A DNA stretch of 62,178 nt, the filler included, from Kipferlia bialata (Eukaryota), in the NCBI GenBank assembly GCA_003568945.1. It is 4 parts of 4 records of this genome, joined end to end, with 100 filler letters (N's around TTAATTAATTAA, not from the genome) between each part and the next. Parts side by side here need not be neighbours in the genome. Positions count along the whole stretch, not along the records: positions 1 to 16,910 come from BDIP01000563.1; 3 more parts are not named here. One strand, written 5' to 3'. Made by a program: the position numbers and the translations under genes. Within the stretch, counting starts at the first letter, position 1. Each line of letters starts with the position of its first letter. The notes beneath the pieces were generated by a model. It was not told the DNA's origin. It did no database searches and saw only the letters and a program-made list of their open reading frames with translations. Below are positions 1 to 13,996 of the stretch, piece by piece.

Positions 1-20
1 TACTATGTAGTAGTATGAAT

Positions 21-1564
21 CAATGCATAAGTACTGGCCAGGGGAGTATGTATTCGTATATGCCACAATGGTGACCCGGAGGGTCACGCTGCACTAGTAT
101 ATATATATACATGGTATGCTATACACATATATACATATGCTGCTATACTTACATACCCTTTGGCTTCCTGGTCTTCCTCTCTGCCCCCCTTGGCTTCCAC
201 TGACACACATATATACACATACACTCTAATTAATAATAGACGTACCCTTTTGCTTCCTGGTCTTCCTCTCTGCATCCCTTGGCTTCCACTGACACATATA
301 TATATGTATATATCCTATATATATATTTATACCTAGAATACTATACATATATGTGTATTCTGTACAAAGACGCACCCTTCTGCTTCCGAGTCTTTCTCTC
401 TGCCTCCCTGGGCTTCCACTGACACAGCATGGTCACAAGGTGCATATGACATACAGAGAGCTGGGGAATAAGGGGGTAGAGAGAGAGAGAGAAGTCAGGT
501 CGGGAAATATCACAGCGTCCATACAGCTGAAGAAAACTAAAATGAAAGAAAGAGGGTATGCATACATCGTACCATAGCCAATAGCACTGCCGGTGTCTCT
601 GGGTGTGTCTGTACATCAGACACTCTGTCATGCACACTGGCCATGTCTAATAGGAGGTCCTCAATGACCTAGGGGATTAGGAATAATAATGAATACATAC
701 AGAGAGAGTATGGATGATATGTACCCATAATGATACATACAATGGTGTATTACTCATGAGCATATCTGACCGAGGTTCTCGAGAGTGTTGAAGATGAAGA
801 GGTAATGAATACATGTCATACCAGAAATATACATAAGATACATAAAGTATACATATAATAATGAGTGTACCTGGCCCAGGTTCTCCAGGGTGTTGAAGAG
901 GTACACATACTTGACGGGCTTCTTCTTATGCAGGCCTGGGGTTACAATTAGTGTATACATACATATTTATAAATACAATATCACTCATATATAGGGTAGG
1001 CTATGAATGTAATTGGGAATATCATGTCTACACTATTACCTTGAGCAGAGAGTGTGTCTCTGTGCATGTCACACATCTCCAGGAGTGCGATACACGCTGT
1101 GACAAAGAGATCCATCTTGTGGGGGGAGGACCTGAGTATGAGTCTCTATATGATTGTAACAAATAGATAGTCTCTATGTCCGTGTAATAAATAGATGATG
1201 AATGCCTTAGAAGGGAGAGAGAGAGATATATGATGTGACAAAGAGGTCCATCTTGTGGGGGGAGGATCTAAGTGTTAGTCTATATGAATATCAATATATT
1301 TATAGGGATACTATAGGTCCTATGTATACCTGACATACATGGGTGATTCTATCTCTGACACACGTAACGTTCACACGTAATACGTACTTATGCAAATGTA
1401 TATTCATAGATATAGAGATAGAGTATTGGCGGGCTAATTAAAATAGTACACATATATACCTGTGGTGTATGGGGAACTCAGTCTCTGACACAAAGTACTC
1501 TGTCTGGCTGTTGTTCTCTAGCTCGGTGCCCAGGCAGGTGTCCATGATGACCTGAAATAAGGGT

Positions 1565-1599
<35 letters not shown>

Positions 1600-4534
1600 A
1601 GCAAGTGTCCATGATGACCTGTGGTTAACGGGTGTAAACATAATCACCTACGCATACAGTATAAATATCAATGTATATATATAGAGAGAGATCAATCAGC
1701 ACCTAACAACTGTCCATAATGACCTATGGAATGTGTGGTACACACAACTTACACAAATACCCATACACATACATATATACCCATACCTCCACGAGTGCCT
1801 CCAGCAGGTGGGTGCCTCTGCCATGTCTGAGGATGGCCTGGGGTGAGATGGATGTAACTATCTATATATGTATATATATATATATATATATATAGACACA
1901 GAGAGAGAGAGAGAGATAGAGAGTACATAGTAACTAGGTGGGTCCCTCTGCCATGTCTGAGGATGGCCTGCGATTAGTTATATATATATAGTTACACACA
2001 TATAGAGGTACGTATATATATATATACTAATGTGCATATGTATGCATCCACGTACCTGCACACATGCCCTAATAGACTCCAGTCCACTGTCACTGCTATC
2101 TCCATCGATGAATGCCAGGAAGGTGTGGATGGTATATATATATATATATATATATATTTATTTATATACTGCACATAGTACCTGCACACATGCTCTTATG
2201 GACTCTAACCCACTATCACTGCTATCTCCATCGATGAATGCCAGGAAGGTGTGGATGGTGGGGGTGCAGATGCGGTGCATGTGGGCCAGGTCCTTGGTAA
2301 GGTACTGATGTCAGTGACTTGTCACAAAGCGTGTTCACACAATCTAATCGTGTAGTATTGTTAGAGTATGGTGCAAATGTGGGCCAGGTCCTTGGTAAGG
2401 TACTGGTGTGAGAGATGACTTGTCACAAATAGTGCAGAAGAAATGTATTAATAATGCGGTGCATGTGGGTTGGGTCCCTGGTAAGGTACTGATGTCAGTC
2501 ACTTGTAGTGACATGTAGTGACAATACATAGTGTATACGTACGAGGATATTGCAATGTATATGGTTAGGTCCCTAGTGAGGTACTAAGGTTAGAACTCGT
2601 GTTGAGACGGTCCAATAGTAGGCCCCTTCCCTGCTGACCTCTGGGTCACAGTGCACCAAGCAGTATAAATACCAATATACAACAGTATATAGCTAGTATA
2701 AGAAAATATATATATATAATATATAATAGTATACCTTAAGTGTACTGGCCCCTTCCCTGCTGACCTCTGGGTCACAGTGCACCAAGAGCGACAGGGTCTG
2801 CTTGATGGCCTCGGGGCAGGTCCTAGAGGGTAAGTATAGGGAAAGTACTGCAATTATCAAGCACTAGATATACATATTTATATGTACTCACTTTGTGACA
2901 TCTCCGTGCACCACCTCCAGGTAGACACAGTCCTCCAGCTGAGACTGCAGGTTCTGGTACAGCTCCTCAGAGGAGGTCGTGACATGGCTTGGGGTTAGAC
3001 TGTTGAGACAGCGATAGTAACACTGGTGAAAGAAGGAAAACTGAGCCAAAGCTACAATTGTGTTTGTACGGAAGTCGTTTGAGACATTGCTTGGTGGTAG
3101 AAGAGAAATTGATACCCTGGTACCTCTCTTCCATTAGGTCTCTGTTCTTGCGCCCTTTCCTCTTGAGTCTGCCAGACCTGGGGGGTAAGATAGCTGCAAA
3201 GAAGAGATATAGAAGAGATATAGAAGAATATTGACTTGTATGTGAAAGGCATCATTATTCTTACTCTCTCATTACAATCATCATATGTTGATGATTACAA
3301 ATTTCTATAAATGCATTTGTACCTAGTTGTCTCCTCCTCCTCCTCGGCCTCCCGCCTCTCTGCCTCAGCAGCCACGAGGGCCCTGGTCTACAAGGGTTAG
3401 TTACAGGATCGAGTACACAATTGAGACAGTAGCAAGTTCTACGCGATGTCATACCTCCACTACAGTCTCGTAGAGGTTATCGAGTACACCCACAGGCACA
3501 GTCAGCAGGAGAGGCAGTTCGTTCAGACCACAGACACGCTTGGAGTTACGGCCTGAACGTAAGCACTATATGACAAATATGTGTATATTTGAGTAAACAC
3601 GAGATGTATAACACATGTATCTGTCTCCTTGGTGGGTCTGGCGACTGACATCTATAAATACTATTCTTATACTTATGATACTACCAATATGTATGTATTA
3701 TATATATACCCTATGTACACACCTGTCTCCCTGGTGCGTCTGGCCACTGTTACATATATATACACAATATATATATATATATACTATACTCTTCAATATA
3801 CACTATCAATACATATATATATATATGTACTATCCATGTACCTGTCTCCCTTGTGCGTCTGGCCACTGGTATCACCTCCTCCTCTCTACCCTCCTTGCCC
3901 CTCTTACTCTTCCTGCCCTTCTTCTTGGGCTGCACGGGCTGAAATGAGTGTGTTGTACATGTACACACACACAATTACAATAATAATTACAAATAGAATA
4001 TGTGTTCAATTACCTGTTGTTGTTCTCTCCTCCAACACATCATACTACATCACTCAAACATGAAAGTATACGTATGCAACCACATACCTCAAACACCCCG
4101 TTCAAGTGCTCCCCGGCCATCAGAGCCGCATTGAGGAGAGACCCAGCCATCTGAGCACACCTAGAGGGTAAGGCATGAGACACACACGCATATATATACA
4201 TAGGTGCACTAGTGTAGCTCTATCCATAGTGTATATGCATTGAGGAGGGACACTGCCACCTGGGCGCTGGGGGTGAGTCATTATATACATATTTACACAT
4301 ATACATGTACGTACTGTTCAGGTGGCAATACCTCTGACACACTGGCCACTAGAATATATATACTAATATACATATTGATATACATATATGTGTATATATG
4401 CATGTATGTATATACACATACGTACTGCTCAGGTGGCAATGCCTCGGAGACACTGGCCAGCAGTACCCTGGCACCCTCGGGATGGATGAGACCGTACTTG
4501 CAGATGGACTAGGAGTGAGAATATATATATAGTA

Positions 4535-4567
<33 letters not shown>

Positions 4568-4775
4568 AGAGAAACACGATGATATCAACTACCCACCTTG
4601 AGCTTATTCACTATAAAAAACTATGGACGAGGACTCAGAATAATCGCACACAATATTGACCACGATATGATAACAACATATAATATATATATAATATATA
4701 CATATAATATGTAGTGCATATCCCCACCTTAACCAGCCTGGACGAGGACTTGAACTTCTTGCAATACTAAACTAT

Positions 4776-4819
<44 letters not shown>

Positions 4820-5602
4820 CTACCATTACTATACTATGATATGTATATCTGTATAGTTCAGGAATGACTCCCACCTTGACCAGCCTGGACGATGACTTGA
4901 ACTTCTTGCCATCCTGGGGTTAGGAATACAGATATACCATATATATATATATATATATATATAACAGTTTCATGATACTGATACTGATACTTGAACTCCT
5001 TGCCATCCTTGGGGGTGAGACACGTAGATATACCATATATATATATATAACATCCTGGGGGTGAGACACGTCAACTGATAGAGACATGTATACACACTTA
5101 CAGCTTCATACGCAATTGACACCACGGGGTGAGGTAGGCAGATGGAATAAGAGGAAGGATTGTATATATATTCAAATGCATGTATGTACCCACCATACAA
5201 ATATTTGACATGTAAACATATGAAAGCCATTGATGAACTGAATCTTCGAAAGTGTGTGTGTTCTAATACTTAAGAAAGACATGAAAAGAAATAGAAATAA
5301 GAATTGTGTATTGAAAATAGAATTAAAACTATTCTTTTACACTTACCGCAGTCTTGTCGTACACCAGTCCCGGTATGAGAAGGGCAACAAGGGCCTTACG
5401 CAGCTCGGAGTTGCGCCTGATACATTAGAGAGAGAGAGAGAGAGAGAGGATGGTTGGCTAAGGGCAACAAGGGCCTTACGCAGCTCGGAGTTGCGCCTGA
5501 CACATCAGAGAGACTGTCTTCATGCCGCTATGCTGACATTGGATATGGTAGGTTCGTAGAACGCTGATCTGTACCTGTTCTCGTACAGACATGCTATATA
5601 CC

Positions 5603-5635
<33 letters not shown>

Positions 5636-8600
5636 CATACTGATCTGTACCTGTTCTCTTACAGACAGCTCAGCAGGTCATTGACAGATAAGAGTCTTTG
5701 AATACTTATGAATAGATAGTATATAGTCATTTATCCTCTCTCTATATATAGAAAGATACAATGACCCACCTGTTCTCGTACAGACAGCTCAGCAGGTCAT
5801 TGACAGAGACCAGCTCACCCAGGGAGTATCCCTAGGGTTAGTGTATGTAAGTGATATATACAACATACACACATAAATGGAATGCATTATACTCTATGAA
5901 AGAGACCAGCTCACCCAGGGAGTAGCCCTATGGTAAGGGATGATATATGATATTCAATACACACTATATACACATATATGGAATGAAATATAGAGACCAG
6001 CTCACCCAGGGAGTAGCACTAGGGTTAGCCAGAGCATAAGATACTATACACATCACAATTTCGGAAGGTACATGAGAAGACACCCACCTTGGAGTATCAT
6101 CATTATATATATGTATATATATGTAGTGTGCATCTATACCTTGGAGTACTCCTCCAGCAGTCTCACATAGGCCATGGAGACCTCGGGAGACCTGTCCCTG
6201 GTATAAGGGAGGTAAGAGAGAGGATAGCAGATTCAACATAGTATTATATAGGCAAATGCAGAGATGCAGAGAGCTGGGTACAATTATACATACCGATCCC
6301 CATCTCACTATACATATATGTGAGAATATCTATACTACGTACTGCAGAGCCGTTGCCATGACCGTGCTCTTGACTGCCATGAGGTGGGTCTTGGTCAGTT
6401 CTCTGGGGATTAGAACCGCTCAGTTAGTATATAGTTACACTTGTAAATAGTCTGTGATGTATATAATGTAGATACCATAGAAAACAACCGGAAGATCATG
6501 CATAAATACACTAACCTACTGAAATAGTTTCCAAGGAGTGTCGTGACGGTATCCAGAGAACAATAGCATACAGCTAGTATACACACAGAAAGAGAGGGCT
6601 ATATATACCTGCTGAGAGGGTTACCAAGGAGTGTTGTGATGGAGTCCAGGGATAATATATACTGTAAGCCATTAGAAATGTACCATAGCAATCCCAACAA
6701 ACGTGTATACACATGCCTATTACCTACTAAGAGGGTTTCCAAGGAGTGTCGTGATGGAGTCCAGGGACAGACGGCGGACAGGGGCAGAGGACCTAGGGTT
6801 GAGACTACTAATGGGTTGAGAGACGGAAACAAGAATTGAAGGAGGGACAAATGAAGTGGGAGACCAACAGAACAATAATGCTGAATATATATATATATAC
6901 GTAGAGAGAGAGAGACAGTACCTGTCAACGGTCAGTGTGGTCACAAGCTGCTTGAGCACCTTCTGCTGGGGGGTCAGATACAAAGGAATACAATCATATG
7001 TACACATACAAAACACTGTACACATATATATGTACATATGTGGGCTGCTTGAGCACCTTCTGCTGGGGGGTCAGACAACAAAGGATACGAAATAGTAAAC
7101 TTATGAGCAAACGGATACCTTCCCATTATCGAGTGAGTCCCAGAACAGGGAGAGATCCCATCCTACACAATCCCACTAACACACACTCACACTAAATAGT
7201 AATACATATATACAACATACCTTCCCGTTGTCGAGAGAGTCCCAGAAGAGGGAGAGAGGCCTCCCGATGCCACCGGCCATGACAGCACGGACCTGGTATT
7301 AGGGGTGTAGAGGGAGAGAGAAAGAAGGTAGAGAGAGAGAGACCACACAATGGGGTATTAGGGGTCCAGGTGAGCCATGAGAACAAGACAGTGTAGTGTA
7401 TAGTCAGGCTATAAAAGTGCATGTACCCGCAAATGATAATAATGTAGCGTATATGTATACCTTGGCTGCGCTGTCCTGCATGAGTGTCAGCACCATGGAT
7501 GTCTGCTTGACAAGGGATACAGGGGTGGGGACTGAGATGAGAGGTACATAGAGAGAGAGAGGGAGGGAGAGAGAGAGAGAGCCATGGATGTCTGCTTGAC
7601 AAGTGAGACAGGGGTGGAGACTGGTGGGAGATATATGCATTATATATCATACATATATACATATACATATTATACCTTCTGCCAGGGGTATGATGGAGTA
7701 ATGGCAAGACACATGGTATATATACATAATTATTAGCCATATACTTTATACTCTATCCTCACCTTCTGCCAGGGGTATGATGGGGTATGCCTAACAACGG
7801 AGTATATCCACTCATACCCTATCAATAAAATAGAACATATACTATATACGCTGCAGTCGTACCTTCTGCCAGGGGTATGATGGGGTATGCCTAACAACGG
7901 AGTATACACTCATATACTATATACATAAGAATATACACTGTGTATGGCGATATATATCACTCGTACCTCTGCCAGGGGTATGATGGGGAATTGCAAGACA
8001 CTTGGTATGTACAAAATAATAAGAAGCCATAAACACTACATCACCCCTACCTTCTGCCAGGGGTATGATGGGGTAGGCCTCGCACAGCAGCATGGCACAC
8101 CTGGGGGTGAGGTATAGACAAACACACACACATATATATATATATATCCTAATACTATGGGGAGAGGGAGAGAGAGATAATGCCTCGCACAGGAGCATGG
8201 CACACCTGGGGTGAGGTATACCAACAGCAGAGTACATATACACACACACATATATATATGTGTGTGTATCCTAATACTATGGAAAGAGGGAGAGAGAGAA
8301 AATGCCTCGCACAGCAGCATGGCACACCTGGGGGTGAGAGAGAGATATATATATATAATGGAGAGAGGAAGAGAGATAAAGAATGTGAGAGAGACCGACA
8401 CTATACATACAAAACTGTACTGTGCCTAGCCCTAATCATTGGATTGACAGCTGCGTGTACCATCAGCAGGGCAGAATCTCTCTCTCTCTCTATATATATA
8501 TACATATGTAAGTATATAGAGACATAAACATACAATATACCTTGCCCTAATCATTGGATTAACGGCCGTGTGTGCCATCAGCAGGGCAGTCTCTCTCTCT

Positions 8601-8787
8601 CTTAATATATACATATATATAACATTCATTATAATATACCTAGCTCTAATCATTGGATTAACAGCTGTGTGTGCCATCAGCAGGGCAGGCCCATAGAACA
8701 GGATGTTGTGGAACTGGTTCGAGATCTGGGGTCAGAGTAAATGTGTTATTATATATATATATATAATATGTATATACTATACACAGA

Positions 8788-8826
<39 letters not shown>

Positions 8827-9415
8827 ACCATAGAACAGGATGTTGTGGAACTGGCTGGAAATTTGAGGTCAGTATATTTGCCCCCATGGTATATGTGTAT
8901 ATATCACAGTTGCTTTGACAAAAGATGCATGTGCACATTCTACTAACTCACCAAAGATCCTGTCCTTGACTTGCCAGCCTCTGTCCTGACCCTCTCCCCG
9001 TGGATGAGTCTCTCTCACCCTCTCTCTCTCTATATATATATAATATATACATATATATAAGTACTCTCATATACTCACCAATGACCCAGTTCTTGACTTC
9101 CCGGCCTCTGTCCTCACTCTCTCCCCGTGGATCAGTCTCTTCAATAGGTCGGCACTTCTGACACAGACCTTGGCACTACCGCTAGAGTCAGAGATTATGT
9201 GCATACACAAATATATATATATATATATATGGATAAGTCTCTTGAGCAGATCGGCACTCCTCACACACACCTTGGCACTGCCACTGGGGGGTTAGGGTGT
9301 CTATATATAGATACTATCTATATATATGTATTATATATATATATATATAGAGAGAGAGAGATAATATAGCACTCCTCACACACCTTGGCACTACCACTGG
9401 GGTAAGAGGTTATGT

Positions 9416-9449
<34 letters not shown>

Positions 9450-10923
9450 GGATGAGTCTCTTGAGGAGGTCGGTACTCTTCAGACACACCTTGGCACTGG
9501 GGTTAGAGTATATAAATATAAATATAATAATATATTAATAATTATTACTATATATTATTTCGACATATTATATTATGTTATATTACTACATTGACCAGCG
9601 CATAGAGGGCCAGGTATGTGCATAGTGTTAGACAAGAATATGTATGGTGTCAGGCTTTACATAGTGTATGCACTATACACTCACCGTAGCACTGACTGCA
9701 GCAGAGTGACTGTCAACTCCTTGGCAGCAGCCTGGGTCTCCTCCTAGGGGTCAGATGGGTGTATGTAGAATATGTAAAAATAGTTGATGTATACAGTGAA
9801 TATAGGTATATATACATTGTCTCAGTATATACCTGCGACAGTGCGTGGTTTGTGCTCAGACTGAGGACATGCTTCAGGGCAGGGATGATGGCCTGGATGT
9901 GAGGTAAGAGTAGCTTCGTCAAGTACAGAGACACACAATATCATTACATCTGTGTATATATGCTGAGGACATGCTTCAGGGCAGGGACAATGGCCTGACG
10001 TAAGGAGAGAGTATACAGATGAGATATATAGATGATAGTCATATACATATATGTGATGCTGAGGACATGCTTCAGGGCTGGGACGATGGCCTGGGGTGAG
10101 GGTACTGCATATACAATAAGAATATTCAATATATACACAAACTATATACAGACACTACATGCTTCAGGGCCAATGGCCTAGGTTGAGGGTAAGCGTATAT
10201 ACTATAATGCATGGTGACCCGTCAATCCTCATACTTGTACAGAATGGACATACAAATCTTACCCCAATGCTAGTCTTGTTGACATTTGCCACACCAGGGC
10301 CCTCTCTCTCTTCTTCTTTTCTCTCTCTCCCTACGTGTATAGATACACCATATACACCACACTTACCCCAATGCTAGTCTTGTTGACATCTGGTGACACC
10401 AGGGCCATCCTCATGTCAACGCCAACAGAGCCTGATGTAAACAGTAATATAGATAAATATTGTGCATATATATATACTGGTAATGTATTATGCTATGTAC
10501 AGGGCCATTCGCATCTCAACGCCAACAGAGCCTGGAGCAAACATACACTATACACAAGAATTAGGAGCATATACAAATGAATACAAACCACAAGAGAGAT
10601 TGTATAGAAGAGCCATCCTCATATCAACCCTGACAGAGCTTGATGTCAATAGTATATGTACTACAATAAGTAGGAGAATATGTACCATGTAGCTCGAACA
10701 CCAGCTGTGTCCCCTTCATTTCATTTACATTAATATCATTAATATATATATCAAGAGTAAACAATATGTATAGAATTACTATATTTACTATAGAGAGTCT
10801 ACCTGGCATCATGAACAGTTCATACACCAGCTGCGTCCCCTGCTTGGTCCTGGTGACATCGGGTCTGATCAGGGTGTAGAAGCCAAAGACGGTCTTGGAT
10901 CTTTCCCTAGAGAGAGTTCTGAT
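21..10923 (-). CDS. NCAPG2: Condensin II complex subunit G2 (CAP-G2/NCAPG2)-like HEAT-repeat protein; multi-exon, 5' end missing (before or in the gap at 11351), terminal exon uncertain
   Basis: Manually spliced GT-AG exons give ...ILFYGPALLMAHTAVNPMIRARCAMLLCEAYPIIPLAE...LTLMQDSAAKVRAVMAGGIGRPLSLFWDSLDNGKQKVLKQLVTTLTVDRSSAPVRRLSLDSITTLLGNPLSR...DRSPEVSMAYVRLLEEYSK. This is collinear with the recalled CAP-G2 core (LYxPILWRxLxxxNxxVRxNAxxLFxEAFP...LLxDxxPxVR...WE...LAxDxSSxxVR...LDN.LSH...HDxSEKVRVAF). Matched from memory, not by search. Confidence 0.7.
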
Positions 10924-11828
10924 CTAGGGTAAGAGAGAGAGAGAAAGAGAGAGAGAGTCTGATGAGGGTGTAGAAGCCAAAGGCAGTCTTGAACCTCTCA
11001 CGAGAGAGGGTTCTAATCTAGGGTAAGAGAGAGAGAGGCAGAGAGAGAGAGAGAGAGAGGTGATAAAGACGACGTCAGATGACTGACGTGACAGGAACCA
11101 TATATAGTATATACATAATGTTCATAACAGTGGAAGGAGAGGGCTGAATGGGAGAGGGGGAGAGAGAGAGGGGGGAAGGAGAGGGAGGGGAAGAAGCCCA
11201 ATACAAGATGGGGATGAGAGAGTTGAAAAGGTGAGAGAATAGGGAGAGAGAGAGAGACAAAGACATCTACAGAGAGAAGACACAACATGATGTCGTGAGG
11301 AGGAGAACGGGGGGGGGGGGGGGGGACTATCGACTATTTTACATGAGTCCNNNNNNNNNNNNNNNNNNNNNNNNNNNNNNNNNNNNNNNNNNNNNNNNNN
11401 NNNNNNNNNNNNNNNNNNNNNNNNNNNNNNNNNNNNNNNNNNNNNNNNNNNNNNNNNNNNNNNNNNNNNNNNNNNNNNNNNNNNNNNNNNNNNNNNNNNN
11501 NNNNNNNNNNNNNNNNNNNNNNNNNNNNNNNNNNNNNNNNNNNNNNNNNNNNNNNNNNNNNNNNNNNNNNNNNNNNNNNNNNNNNNNNNNNNNNNNNNNN
11601 NNNNNNNNNNNNNNNNNNNNNNNNNNNNNNNNNNNNNNNNNNNNNNNNNNNNNNNNNNNNNNNNNNNNNNNNNNNNNNNNNNNNNNNNNNNNNNNNNNNN
11701 NNNNNNNNNNNNNNNNNNNNNNNNNNNNNNNNNNNNNNNTTTTTCCCCCCCCTTTTTTCCCCCCCCCCCCCCCCCCCCCCCCCTTCCTCCACTCTGGTAA
11801 CTCTCCTCTACCCTTCCCTACCCCTCAG

Positions 11829-13202
11829 ACCGTCCCCGTCCCCATAGGCGATGGGCCTGAGGACCCCATGGGCCACATCACAACGGACGAGAGAGGCATC
11901 CCCGTCGGAGGGTCCACCTCTTACAGGGCACTCGACGGGTCGATATTTACACATGGTACGTGACGCATATACTGACACCACCTAGAGTATCACTATTCCT
12001 TTGCACTCTATCTTCCTTTTCTCCCCCTTCTGACCCCAGACCTAGCCACCTCCCGGGAGGCCATGGATCTTGACTACTTTGTAGATCTCATGGGGTTCTT
12101 TGTACACGCAGAGGAGTTTGCGGGGTATTGCAGGTAATTATGTCGCTTACCTCTCTACCCCCATCTATCCCTCTGCCTCACCCTAGGGATCAGCTGTGCT
12201 CTGGATCTGGGGGTCTCAAGGCAGTCAGGGCCAGGTGCTATGATGACAGGGTCCACCGCAAGTACTGGTACGTACAGTGCATACTACCAGTACCTAGTGT
12301 CTACATATCCCCCAACCTCTATACATATCTTTACCTATATACACCCCACCCCAGGTACCATGCGGATGCCTTTGCCGAGGAGGTCCAGAAGGTATGGGAC
12401 CGGGTGGTATCTGAGTTTGACCCCTCCAAGGAGGAGCCGATCAAGACAAAGCTGAGAAAGAGGGTGCTTGTCCTATTGGAGAGGCACACCAAGTGGATGC
12501 GGCAGCTGGATCAGTACATCACAGGGTGGGTACAGAGTTTCACAAAGTCTCTCTGTCTCTATATACTAGGATTGTAACGACCCCTCACCCCCCAGGTCCC
12601 ATGAGATGCGCATCTGTCAGAAGGAATGCATGGATCTGTCCGAGGTCTGCTCTCTACTGTCCGGGGTATGCTGCTAGTGTCACTATTTAGACCTCTTCTT
12701 CCTATCATCACAGACACAGAGCATTCTGTGTTTCGGTGGGATGTCTACAGCGGTGTTTGGTTGCAATCGTAATATGTATGCTTCTACCATCTCTCCATTC
12801 ACTCCAGCGACTGGTAGAGATGAACAGTGATATGGAACCGGCCGTGCTGGCCCGTCTCAACGTAAGTGGACAGTGTTCACTGACTCATACACATTGATAT
12901 GTGTATGCGTATATGTGTCGTGAGTGTCTGACCCCCTAGGCCATGCTGCCCCAGTATGACCAGTATATGGTGATACTCATGGGGGAGGTGGATACCCTGC
13001 TCTCAAAGCAGCAGAGGGCCAAGAACAGACGCACCGGCAAGGACGTCAAGGTGAGAGATGGTTATATTGAGGAGAGTCCACCTATAGTCATGCGCAATTA
13101 CACTAGAGAGCCATTCTATCGCCGATTCGTGGTGAGGTTGTTGTGTACAATGTTGATATGTATCTCTGGTACTCCGTATAACCCCAGGTATCCAAGCTGT
13201 GA
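11829..13202 (+). CDS. Hypothetical protein, 5'-partial, about 8 short exons
   Basis: Exons starting at about 11829, 12040, 12187, 12355, 12596, 12808, 12940 and 13188, with cTnACcccAG-type acceptors and GT donors, splice in frame (TVPVPIGDGPEDP...HRKYWYHADAFAEEVQKVWDRVV...GKDVKVSKL*). No family recognised. Confidence 0.7.
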
Positions 13203-13573
13203 CCAGGATATATCCTTGAAGAATCGCAATCGAGTGCAACAGCCTCACATACCACGGATGAATACGTTGGGGCAGGACCTCCTCTTCTGTGTGTGACACA
13301 GACACTCAGTATAGAAGTGGAAGAGGATCCATAAGAAGTACTAGACCTAGTAAAAGGGATTCAGAATCCATTATATTCCTGGATTACCGGCCCCCATGCA
13401 AAATTGGACTCCATATTTACTTCACACCCAGTGTCACACTGACAGTGTGGACCACACTGAGGACTGTCCTGCATCCCTTGTCCAAAAACCTACGGTCATG
13501 AAACGCAAGTGTGTTGCAGACTTTGTGATGTGTGGAAATGATACAAGTGTGACACTGTTCTGTGTCTCTCTCG

Positions 13574-13962
13574 ATGTCAATTCGCCGCTACCAGCCTGGC
13601 GACGAGGAGGACTGTCTCTCTGTGTGGGAAAACTCTACGCGTCTCGCACATGGAGCCTTCTTCTCCGAAGAGTTCATAGCGAAGGAGCGAATCAACCATG
13701 CGACGTTCTACCTCCCCAAACTTGACACCTGGGTCTATGTCGACGACGGACACGCTGTGGGGTTTATGGTGCTGATAGGGAACGAGGTGGGGGGCCTCTT
13801 TGTACACGGGAGCCATCACGGTAAGGGGTATGGGAGAGCCCTTGTCGATAAGGCCAGAGACATGCACGGCAATCTAGAGGTCGAAGTGTTTGAAAACAAC
13901 CCAATTGGCAGGCGGTTCTACGATCGGTACGCCGCTTCCTCCCTTATATATATATATATCTG

Positions 13963-13996
<34 letters not shown>

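Noticed and set aside
8952..9500. Classical mutually exclusive exons as the explanation of the echoes
   Set aside because: Each echo carries only one splice site and runs into microsatellite on the other side, so it cannot be a standard cassette exon.
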